From: Eledone cirrhosa
Taxonomy: Eukaryota
Assembly: GCA_964016885.1 (NCBI GenBank)
Contig: OZ024748.1
Location: 39,370,001-39,434,000 of the forward strand
Reading direction: 5' to 3'
Length of the DNA: 64,000 bases
Shown: positions 41,575 to 55,084 of the stretch, piece after piece
How the letters are laid out: each line of letters starts with the position of its first letter
Position numbering within the stretch: the stretch's first letter is position 1
Position numbers and translations under genes: made by a program
The notes under the pieces: generated by a model
Told to the model about the DNA's origin: nothing
Databases searched by the model: none
Seen by the model: only the letters and a program-made list of their open reading frames with translations

Positions 41575-44500
41575 ATGAAAGACACTGTCTATGTCATTAA
41601 CCCTTTCATTACAATATTTCTAATGAAAGTCACTGTTTATGTCATTAACCCTTTCATTACCATATTTCTAATGAAAGACACTGTCTATTTCATTAACCCT
41701 TTCATTACCATATTTCTAATGAAAGACACTGTCTATTTCATTAACCCTTTCATTACCATATTTCTAATGAAAGTCACAGTCTATGTCATTAATCCTTTCA
41801 TTACCATATTTCTAATGAAAGTCACTGTCTATGTCATTAACCCTTTCATTACCATATTTCTAATGAAAGTCACAGTCTATGTCATTAATCCTTTCATTAC
41901 CATATTTCTAATGAAAGACACTGTCTATGTCATTAACCCTTTCATTACAATATTTCTAATGAAAGTCACTGTTTATGTCATTAACCCTTTCATTACCATA
42001 TTTCTAATGAAAGACACTGTCTATTTCATTAATCCTTTCATTACCATATTTCTAATGAAAGACACTGTCTATTTCATTAACCCTTTCATTACCATATTTC
42101 TAATGAAAGTCACAGTCTATGTCATTAATCCTTTCATTACCATATTTCTAATGAAAGTCACTGTCTATGTCATTAACCCTTTCATTACCATATTTCTAAT
42201 GAAAGACACTGTCTATGTGATTAACCCTGTCATTACCATATTTCTAATGAAAGTCACAGTCTATGTCATTAATCCTTTCATTACCATATTTCTAATGAAA
42301 GTCACTGTCTATGTCATTAACCCTTTCATTACCATATTTCTAATGAAAGACACTGTCTATGTGATTAATCCTGTCATTACCATATTTCTAATGAAAGTCA
42401 CTGTCTATGTCATTAACCCTTTCATTACCATATTTCTAATGAAAGTCACTGTCTATGTCATTAACCCTTTCATTACCATATTTCTAATGAAAGTCACTGT
42501 CTATGTCATTAATCCTTTCATTACCATATTTCTAATGAAAGGCACTGTCTATGTCATTAACCCTTTCATTACCATATTTCTAATGAAAGGCACTGTCTAT
42601 GTCATTAACCCTTTCATTACCATATTTCTAATGAAAGTCACTGTCTATGTCATTAACCCTTTCATTACCATATTTCTAATGAAAGACAGTCTATGTCATT
42701 AACCCTTTCATTACCATATTTCTGAGACTGTCTATTTCATTAACCCTTTCATTACCATATTTCTAATGAAAGACACTGTCTATGTCATTAACCCTTTCAT
42801 TACCATATTTCTAATGAAAGTCACTGTCTATGTCATTAACCCTTTCATTACAATATTTCTAATGAAAGTCACTGTTTATGTCATTAACCCTTTCATTACC
42901 ATATTTCTAATGAAAGACACTGTCTATTTCATTAACCCTTTCATTACCATATTTCTAATGAAAGACACTGTCTATTTCATTAACCCTTTCATTACCATAT
43001 TTCTAATGAAAGTCACAGTCTATGTCATTAATCCTTTCATTACCATATTTCTAATGAAAGTCACTGTCTATGTCATTAACCCTTTCATTACCATATTTCT
43101 AATGAAAGACACTGTCTATGTGATTAACCCTGTCATTACCATATTTCTAATGAAAGTTACTGTCTATGTCAGTAACCCTGTCATTACCATATTTCCAATG
43201 AAAGTCACTGTCTATGTCATTAACCCTTTCATTACCATATTTCTAATGAAAGATACTGTCAATGTGATTAACCCTGTCGTTACCATATTTCTAATGAAAG
43301 TTACTGTCTATGTGATTAACCCTGTCGTTACCATATTTCTAATGAAAGATACTGTCTATGTGATTAACCCTGTCGTTACCATATTTCTAATGAAAGTCAC
43401 AGTCTATGTCATTAATCCTTTCATTACCATATTTCTAATGAAAGTCACTGTCTATGTCATTAACCCTTTCATTACCATATTTCTAATGAAAGACACTGTC
43501 TATGTGATTAACCCTGTCATTACCATATTTCTAATGAAAGTTACTGTCTATGTCAGTAACCCTGTCATTACCATATTTCCAATGAAAGTCACTGTCTATG
43601 TCATTAACCCTTTCATTACCATATTTCTAATGAAAGATACTGTCTATGTGATTAACCCTGTCGTTACCATATTTCTAATGAAAGTTACTGTCTATGTGAT
43701 TAACCCTGTCGTTACCATATTTCTAATGAAAGATACTGTCTATGTGATTAACCCTGTCGTTACCATATTTCTAATGAAAGTCACAGTCTATGTCATTAAT
43801 CCTTTCATTACCATATTTCTAATGAAAGTCACTGTCTATGTCATTAACCCTTTCATTACCATACTTCTAATGAAAGATACTGTCTATGTGATTAACCCTG
43901 TCGTTACCATATTTCTAATGAAAGACACTGTCTATTTCATTAACCTTTTCATTACCATATTTCTAATGAAAGACACTGTCTATGTCATTAACCCTTTCAT
44001 TACCATATTTCTAATGAAAGACACTGTCTATTTCATTAACCCTTTCATTACCATATTTCTAATGAAAGACACTGTCTATGTCATTAACCCTTTCATTACC
44101 ATATTTCTAATGAAAGACACTGTCTATGTCATTAACCCTTTCATTACCATATTTCTAATGAAAGTCACTGTCTATGTCATTAACCCTTTCATTACCATAT
44201 TGCTAATGAAAGACACTGTCTATGTCATTAACCCTTTCATTACCATATTTCTAATGAAAGTCACTGTCTATGTCATTAACCCTTTCATTACCATATTTCT
44301 AATGAAAGTCACTGTCTATGTCATTAACCCTTTCATTACCATATTTCTAATGAAAGACACATTCTATGTCATTAATCCTTTCATTACCATATTTCTAATG
44401 GAAGTCACTGTCTATGTCAGTAACCCTGTCATTACCATATTTCTAATGAAAGACACTGTCTATGTCATTAACCCTTTCATTACCATATTTCTGAGAATGT

Positions 44501-47500
44501 CTATTTCATTAACCCTTTCATGACCATATTTCTAATGAAAGACACTGTCTATGTCATTAACCCTTTCATTACAATATTTCTAATGAAAGTCACTGTCTAT
44601 GTCATTAACCCTTTCATTACCATATTTCTAATGAAAGTCACTGTCTATGTCATTAACCCTTTCATTACCATATTTCTAATGAAAGTCACTGTCTATGTCA
44701 TTAACCCTTTCATTACCATATTTCTAATGAAAGTCACTGTCTATGTCATTAACCCTTTCATTACCATATTTCTAATGAAAGTCACTGTCTATTTCATTAA
44801 CCCTTTCATTACCATATTTCTAATGAAAGACACTGTCTATGTCATTAACCCTTTCATTACCATATTTCTAATGAAAGACACTGTTTATTTCATTAACCCT
44901 TTCATTACCATATTTCTAATGAAAGACACTGTCTATGTCATTAACCCTTTCATTACCATATTTCTAATGAAAGACACTGTCTATTTCATTAACCGTTTCA
45001 TTACCATATTTCTAATGAAAGACACTGTCTATTTCATTAACCCTTTCATTACCATATTTCTAATGAAAGACACTGTCTATTTCATTAACCCTTTCATTAC
45101 CATATTTCTAATGAAAGACACAGTCTATGTCATTAATCCTTTCATTACCATATTTCTAATGAAAGTCACTGTCTATGTCATTAACCCTTTCATTACCATA
45201 TTTCTAATGAAAGACACTGTCTATGTGATTAACCCTGTCATTACCATATTTCTAATGAAAGTTACTGTCTATGTCAGTAACCCTGTCATTACCATATTTC
45301 TAATGAAAGTCACTGTCTATGTCATTAACCCTTTCATTACCATATTTCTAATGAAAGACACTCTCTATGTCATTAACCCTTTCATTACCATATTTCTAAT
45401 GAAAGACACAGTCTATGCAATTAACCCTTTCATTAACATATTTCTCACAAAAGACACAGTCTATGTCATTAATCCTTTCATTACCATATTTCTAATGAAA
45501 GTCACTGTCTATGTCATTAACCCTTTCATTACCATATTTCTAATGAAAGTCACTGTCTATGTGATTAATCCTGTCATTACCATATTTCTAATGAAAGACA
45601 CTGTCTATGTCATTAACCCTTTCGTTACCATATTTCTAATGAAAGTCATTGTCTATGTCATTAACCCTTTCATTACCATATTTCTAATGAAAGAAACTGT
45701 CTATGTCATTAACCCTTTCATTACCATATTTCTAATGAAAGACACAGTCTATGTCATTAATCCATTAATTACCATATTTCTAATGAAAGTCACTGTCTAT
45801 GTCATTAACCCTTTCATTACCATATTTCTAATGAAAGACGCTGTCTATGTGATTAACCCTGTCATTAACCCTTTCATTACCATATTTCTAATGAAAGACA
45901 GTCTATGTCATTAACCCTTTCATTACCATATTTCTGAGACTGTCTATTTCATTAACCCTTTCATTACCATATTTCTAATGAAAGACACTGTCTATGTCAT
46001 TAACCCTTTCATTACCATATTTCTAATGAAAGTCACTGTCTATGTCATTAACCCTTTCATTACCATATTTCTAATGAAAGTCACTGTCTATGTCATTAAA
46101 CCTTCCATTACCATATTTCTAATGAAAGGCACTGTCTATGTCATTAACCCTTTCATTACCATATTTCTAATGAAAGTCACTGTCTATGTCATTAACCCTT
46201 TCATTACCATATTTCTAATGAAAGACACTGTCTATGTCATTAACCCTTTCATTACCATATTTCTGAGACTGTCTATTTCATTAACCCTTTCATTACCATA
46301 TTTCTAATGAAAGACACTGTCTATGTCATTAACCCTTTCATTACAATATTTCTAATGAAAGTCACTGTTTATGTCATTAACCCTTTCATTACCATATTTC
46401 TAATGAAAGACACTGTCTATTTCATTAACCCTTTCATTACCATATTTCTAATGAAAGACACTGTCTATTTCATTAACCCTTTCATTACCATATTTCTAAT
46501 GAAAGTCACAGTCTATGTCATTAATCCTTTCATTACCATATTTCTAATGAAAGTCACTGTCTATGTCATTAACCCTTTCATTACCATATTTCTAATGAAA
46601 GACACTGTCTATGTGATTAACCCTGTCATTACCATATTTCTAATGAAAGTCACAGTCTATGTCATTAATCCTTTCATTACCATATTTCTAATGAAAGTCA
46701 CTGTCTATGTCATTAACCCTTTCATTACCATATTTCTAATGAAAGACACTGTCTATGTGATTAATCCTGTCATTACCATATTTCTAATGAAAGTCACTGT
46801 TTATGTCATTAACCCTGTCATTACCATATTTCTAATGAAAGTCACTGTCTATGTCATTAACCCTTTCATTACCATATTTCTAATGAAAGACACTGTCTAT
46901 GTCATTAACCCTTTCATTACCATATTTCTAATGAAAGTCACTGTCTATGTCATTAACCCTTTCATTACCATATTTCTAATGAAAGTCACTGTCTATGTCA
47001 TTAACCCTTTCATTACCATATTTCTAATGAAAGTCACTGTCTATGTCATTAATCCTTTCATTACCATATTTCTAATGAAAGGCACTGTCTATGTCATTAA
47101 CCCTTTCATTACCATATTTCTAATGAAAGTCACTGTCTATTTCATTAACCCTTTCATTACCATATTTCTAATGAAAGTCACAGTCTATGTCATTAATCCT
47201 TTCATTACCATATTTCTAATGAAAGTCACTGTCTATGTCATTAACCCTTTCATTACCATATTTCTAATGAAAGGCACTGTCTATGTCATTAACCCTTTCA
47301 TTACCATATTTCTAATGAAAGTCACTGTCTATGTCATTAACCCTTTCATTACCATATTTCTAATGAAAGTCACAGTCTATGTCATTAATCCTTTCATTAC
47401 CATATTTCTAATGAAAGACACTGTCTATGTCATTAACCCTTTCATTACAATATTTCTAATGAAAGTCACTGTTTATGTCATTAACCCTTTCATTACCATA

Positions 47501-50500
47501 TTTCTAATGAAAGACACTGTCTATTTCATTAATCCTTTCATTACCATATTTCTAATGAAAGACACTGTCTATTTCATTAACCCTTTCATTACCATATTTC
47601 TAATGAAAGTCACAGTCTATGTCATTAATCCTTTCATTACCATATTTCTAATGAAAGTCACTGTCTATGTCATTAACCCTTTCATTACCATATTTCTAAT
47701 GAAAGACACTGTCTATGTGATTAACCCTGTCATTACCATATTTCTAATGAAAGTCACAGTCTATGTCATTAATCCTTTCATTACCATATTTCTAATGAAA
47801 GTCACTGTCTATGTCATTAACCCTTTCATTACCATATTTCTAATGAAAGACACTGTCTATGTGATTAATCCTGTCATTACCATATTTCTAATGAAAGTCA
47901 CTGTCTATGTCATTAACCCTTTCATTACCATATTTCTAATGAAAGTCACTGTCTATGTCATTAACCCTTTCATTACCATATTTCTAATGAAAGTCACTGT
48001 CTATGTCATTAATCATTTCATTACCATATTTCTAATGAAAGGCACTGTCTATGTCATTAACCCTTTCATTACCATATTTCTAATGAAAGGCACTGTCTAT
48101 GTCATTAACCCTTTCATTACCATATTTCTAATGAAAGTCACTGTCTATGTCATTAACCCTTTCATTACCATATTTCTAATGAAAGACAGTCTATGTCATT
48201 AACCCTTTCATTACCATATTTCTGAGACTGTCTATTTCATTAACCCTTTCATTACCATATTTCTAATGAAAGACACTGTCTATGTCATTAACCCTTTCAT
48301 TACCATATTTCTAATGAAAGTCACTGTCTATGTCATTAACCCTTTCATTACAATATTTCTAATGAAAGTCACTGTTTATGTCATTAACCCTTTCATTACC
48401 ATATTTCTAATGAAAGACACTGTCTATTTCATTAACCCTTTCATTACCATATTTCTAATGAAAGACACTGTCTATTTCATTAACCCTTTCATTACCATAT
48501 TTCTAATGAAAGTCACAGTCTATGTCATTAATCCTTTCATTACCATATTTCTAATGAAAGTCACTGTCTATGTCATTAACCCTTTCATTACCATATTTCT
48601 AATGAAAGACACTGTCTATGTGATTAACCCTGTCATTACCATATTTCTAATGAAAGTTACTGTCTATGTCAGTAACCCTGTCATTACCATATTTCCAATG
48701 AAAGTCACTGTCTATGTCATTAACCCTTTCATTACCATATTTCTAATGAAAGATACTGTCTATGTGATTAACCCTGTCGTTACCATATTTCTAATGAAAG
48801 TTACTGTCTATGTGATTAACCCTGTCGTTACCATATTTCTAATGAAAGATACTGTCTATGTGATTAACCCTGTCGTTACCATATTTCTAATGAAAGTCAC
48901 AGTCTATGTCATTAATCCTTTCATTACCATATTTCTAATGAAAGTCACTGTCTATGTCATTAACCCTTTCATTACCATATTTCTAATGAAAGACACTGTC
49001 TATGTGATTAACCCTGTCATTACCATATTTCTAATGAAAGTTACTGTCTATGTCAGTAACCCTGTCATTACCATATTTCCAATGAAAGTCACTGTCTATG
49101 TCATTAACCCTTTCATTACCATATTTCTAATGAAAGATACTGTCTATGTGATTAACCCTGTCGTTACCATATTTCTAATGAAAGTTACTGTCTATGTGAT
49201 TAACCCTGTCGTTACCATATTTCTAATGAAAGTCACTGTCTATTTCATTAACCCTTTCATTACCATATTTCTAATGAAAGACACTGTCTATGTCATTAAC
49301 CCTTTCATTACCATATTTCTAATGAAAGACACTGTTTATTTCATTAACCCTTTCATTACCATATTTCTAATGAAAGACACTGTCTATGTCATTAACCCTT
49401 TCATTACCATATTTCTAATGAAAGACACTGTCTATTTCATTAACCGTTTCATTACCATATTTCTAATGAAAGACACTGTCTATTTCATTAACCCTTTCAT
49501 TACCATATTTCTAATGAAAGACACTGTCTATTTCATTAACCCTTTCATTACCATATTTCTAATGAAAGACACTGTCTATTTCATTAAACCTTTCATTACC
49601 ATATATCTAATGAAAGACACTGTCTATGTCATTAACCCTTTCATTACCATATTTCTAATGAAAGTCACTGTCTATGTCATTAACCCTTTCATTACCATAT
49701 TTCTAATGAAAGACACAGTCTATGTCATTAATCCTTTCATTACCATATTTCTAATGAAAGTCACTGTCTATGTCATTAACCCTTTCATTACCATATTTCT
49801 AATGAAAGACACTGTCTATGTGATTAACCCTGTCATTACCATATTTCTAATGAATGTTACTGTCTATGTCAGTAACCCTGTCATTACCATATTTCTAATG
49901 AAAGTCACTGTCTATGTCATTAACCCTTTCATTACCATATTTCTAATGAAAGACACTGTCTATGTCATTAACCCTTTCATTACCATATTTCTAATGAAAG
50001 ACACAGTCTATGCAATTAACCCTTTCATTAACATATTTCTCACAAAAGACACAGCCTATGTCATTAATCCTTTCATTACCATATTTCTAATGAAAGTCAC
50101 TGTCTATGTCATTAACCCTTTCATTACCATATTTCTAATGAAAGTCACTGTCTATGTGATTAATCCTGTCATTACCATATTTCTAATGAAAGACACTGTC
50201 TATGTCATTAACCCTTTCGTTACCATATTTCTAATGAAAGTCATTGTCTATGTCATTAACCCTTTCATTACCATATTTCTAATGAAAGAAACTGTCTATG
50301 TCATTAACCCTTTCATTACCATATTTCTAATGAAAGACACAGTCTATGTCATTAATCCATTAATTACCATATTTCTAATGAAAGTCACTGTCTATGTCAT
50401 TAACCCTTTCATTACCATATTTCTAATGAAAGACGCTGTCTATGTGATTAACCCTGTCATTACCATATTTCTAATGAAAGTTACTGTCTATGTCAGTAAC

Positions 50501-52500
50501 CCTGTCATTACCATATTTCTAATGAAAGTCTCTGTCTATGTCATTAACCCTTTCATTAACATATTTCTAATGAAAGACTCTGTCTATGTCATTAACCCTT
50601 TCATTACCATATTTCTAATGAAAGACACTGTCTATGTCATTAACCCTTTCATTACCATATTTCTAATGAAAGTCACTGTCTATGTCATTAACCCTTTCAT
50701 TACCATATTTCTAATGAAAGACACTGTCTATGTCATTAACCCTTTCATTATCATATTTCTAATAAAAGTCACTGTCTATGTCATTAACCCTTTCATTACC
50801 ATATTTCTAATGAAAGTCACTGTCTATGTCATTACCCCTTTCATTACCATATTTCTAATGAAAGACACAGTCTATGTCATTAATCCTTTCATTACCATAT
50901 TTCTAATGAAAGTCACTGTCTATGTCATTAACCCTTTCATTACCATATTTCTAATGAAAGACACTGTCTATGTGATTAATCCTGTCATTACCATATTTCT
51001 AATGAAAGTCACTGTTTATGTCATTAACCCTGTCATTACCATATTTCTAATGAAAGTCACTGTCTATGTCATTAATCCTTTCATTACCATATTTCTAATG
51101 AAAGGCCCTGTCTATGTCATTAACCCTTTCATTACCATATTTCTAATGAAAGGCACTGTCTATGTCATTAACCCTTTCATTACCATATTTCTAATGAAAG
51201 TCACTGTCTATGTCATTAACCCTTTCATTACCATATTTCTAATGAAAGACAGTCTATGTCATTAACCCTTTCATTACCATATTTCTGAGACTGTCTATTT
51301 CATTAACCCTTTCATTACCATATTTCTAATGAAAGACACTGTCTATGTCATTAACCCTTTCATTACCATATTTCTAATGAAAGTCACTGTCTATGTCATT
51401 AACCCTTTCATTACCATATTTCTAATGAAAGTCACTGTCTATGTCATTAACCCTTCCATTACCATATTTCTAATGAAAGGCACTGTCTATGTCATTAACC
51501 CTTTCATTACCATATTTCTAATGAAAGTCACTGTCTATGTCATTAACCCTTTCATTACCATATTTCTAATGAAAGACACTGTCTATGTCATTAACCCTTT
51601 CATTACCATATTTCTGAGACTGTCTATTTCATTAACCCTTTCATTACCATATTTCTAATGAAAGACACTGTCTATGTCATTAACCCTTTCATTACAATAT
51701 TTCTAATGAAAGTCACTGTTTATGTCATTAACCCTTTCATTACCATATTTCTAATGAAAGACACTGTCTATTTCATTAACCCTTTCATTACCATATTTCT
51801 AATGAAAGACACTGTCTATTTCATTAACCCTTTCATTACCATATTTCTAATGAAAGTCACAGTCTATGTCATTAATCCTTTCATTACCATATTTCTAATG
51901 AAAGTCACTGTCTATGTCATTAACCCTTTCATTACCATATTTCTAATGAAAGACACTGTCTATGTGATTAACCCTGTCATTACCATATTTCTAATGAAAG
52001 TCACAGTCTATGTAATTAATCCTTTCATTACCATATTTCTAATGAAAGTCACTGTCTATGTCATTAACCCTTTCATTACCATATTTCTAATGAAAGACAC
52101 TGTCTATGTGATTAATCCTGTCATTACCATATTTCTAATGAAAGTCACTGTTTATGTCATTAACCCTGTCATTACCATATTTCTAATGAAAGTCACTGTC
52201 TATGTCATTAACCCTTTCATTACCATATTTCTAATGAAAGACACTGTCTATGTCATTAACCCTTTCATTACCATATTTCTAATGAAAGTCACTGTCTATG
52301 TCATTAACCCTTTCATTACCATATTTCTAATGAAAGTCACTGTCTATGTCATTAACCCTTTCATTAACATATTTCTAATGAAAGTCACTGTCTATGTCAT
52401 TAATCCTTTCATTACCATATTTCTAATGAAAGGCACTGTCTATGTCATTAACCCTTTCATTACCATATTTCTAATGAAAGTCACTGTCTATTTCATTAAC
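41575..52500. repeat. Imperfect higher-order duplication of about 5.4-5.5 kb
   Basis: Matching pseudo-ORF starts at 42766/48266 (5500), 45978/51329 and 46307/51658 (5351). The rare AACCGTTTC marker is at 44991 and 49442 (4451), so the copies differ by internal indels. Confidence 0.75.
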
Positions 52501-55084
52501 CCTTTCATTTGCCATATTTCTAATGAAAGTCACTGTCTATGTCATTAACCCTTTCATTACCATATTTCTAATGAAAGACACTGTCTATGTCATTAACCCT
52601 TTCATTACCATATTTCTAATGAAAGTCACTGTCTATTTCATTAACCCTTTCATTACCATATTTCTAATGAAAGTCACTGTCTATGTCATTAACCCTTTCA
52701 TTACCATATTTCTAATGAAAGACACTGTCTATGTCATTAACCCTTTCATTACCATATTTCTAATGAAAGTCACTGTCTATTTCATTAACCCTTTCATTAC
52801 CATATTTCTAATGAAAGTCACTGTCTATGTCATTAACCCTTTCATTACCATATTTCTAATGAAAAACACTGTCTATGTCATTAACCCTTTCATTACCATA
52901 TTTCTAATGAAAGTCACTGTCTATTTCATTAACCCTTTCATTACCATATTTCTAATGAAAGTCACTGTCTATTTCATTAACCCTGTCATTACCATATTTC
53001 TAATGAAAGTCACTGTCTATGTCATTAACCCTTTCATTACCATATTTCTAATGAAAGACACTGTCTATGTCATTAACCCTTTCATTACCATATTTCTAAT
53101 GAAAGTCACTGTCTATGTCATTAACCCTTTCATTACCATATTTCTAATGAAAGTCACTGTCTATGTCATTAACCCTTTCATTAACATATTTCTAATGAAA
53201 GTCACTGTCTATGTCATTAATCCTTTCATTACCATATTTCTAATGAAAGGCACTGTCTATGTCATTAACCCTTTCATTACCATATTTCTAATGAAAGTCA
53301 CTGTCTATTTCATTAACCCTTTCATTACCATATTTCTAATGAAAGTCACTGTCTATGTCATTAACCCTTTCATTACCATATTTCTAATGAAAGTCACTGT
53401 CTATTTCATTAACCCTTTCATTACCATATTTCTAATGAAAGTCACTGTCTATGTCATTAACCCTTTCATTACCATATTTCTAATGAAAGTCACTGTCTAT
53501 TTCATTAACCCTTTCATTACCATATTTCTAATGAAAGTCACTGTCTATGTCATTAACCCTTTCATTACCATATTTCTAATGAAAGTCACTGTCTATTTCA
53601 TTAACCCTTTCATTACCATATTTCTAATGAAAGGCACTGTCTATGTCATTAACCCTTTCATTACCATATTTCTAATGAAAGTCACTGTCTATTTCATTAA
53701 CCCTTTCATTACCATATTTCTAATGAAAGTCACTGTCTCTGTCATTAACCCTTTCATTACCATATTTCTGATGAAAGTCACTGTCTATGTCATTAACCCT
53801 TTCATTACCATATTTCTAATGAAAGTCACTGTCTATGTCATTAACCCGTTCATTACCATATTTCTAATGAAAGTCACTGTCTATGTCATTAACCCTTTCA
53901 TTACCATATGTCTAATGAAAGTCACTGTCTATGTCATTAACCCTTTCATTACCATATTTCTAATGAAAGTCACTGTCTATGTCATTAAACCTTTCATTAC
54001 CATATTTCTAATGAAAGACACTGTCTATGTCATTAACCCTTTCATTACCATATTTCTAATGAAAGACAGTCAATGTCATTAACCCTTTCATTACCATATT
54101 TCTGAGACTGTCTATTTCATTAACCCTTTCATTACCATATTTCTAATGAAAGACACTGTCTATGTCATTAACCCTTTCATTACCATATTTCTAATGAAAG
54201 TCACTGTCTATGTCATTAACCCTTTCATTACCATATTTCTAATGAAAGTCACTGTCTATGTCATTAACCCTTTCATTACCATATTTCTAATGAAAGTCAC
54301 TGTCTATGTCATTAACCCTTTCATTACCATATTTCTAATGAAAGTCACTGTCTATGTCATTAACCCTTTCATTACCATATTTCTGAGACTGTCTATTTCA
54401 TTAACCCTTTCATTACCATATTTCTAATGAAAGACACTGTCTATGTCATTAACCCTTTCATTACCATATTTCTGAGACTGTCTATTTCATTAACCCTTCC
54501 ATTACCATATTTCTAATGAAAGACACTCTCTATTCCATTAACCCTTTCATTACCATATTTCTAATGAAAGACACTGTCTATGTCATTAACCCTTTCATTA
54601 CCATATTTCTAATGAAAGTCACTGTCTATGTCATTAATCCTTTCATTACCATATTTCTAATGAAAGTCACTGTCTATGTCATTAACCCTTTCATTACCAT
54701 ATTTCTAATGAAAGTCACTGTCTATGTCATTAACCCTTTCATTACCATATTTCTAATGAAAGACACTGTCTATGTCATTAATCCTTTCATTACAATATTT
54801 CTAATGAAAGTCACTGTCTATGTCATTAACCCTTTCATTACCATATTTCTAATGAAAGTCACTGTCTATGTCATTAACCCTTTCATTACCATATTTCTAA
54901 TGAAAGTCACTGTCTATGTCATTAACCCTTTCATTACCATATTTCTAATGAAAGTCACTGTCTATGTCATTAACCCTTTCATTACCATATTTCTAATGAA
55001 AGACACTGTCTATGTCATTAACCCTTTCATTACCATATTTCTGAGACTGTCTATTTCATTAACCCTTTCATTACCATATTTCTA

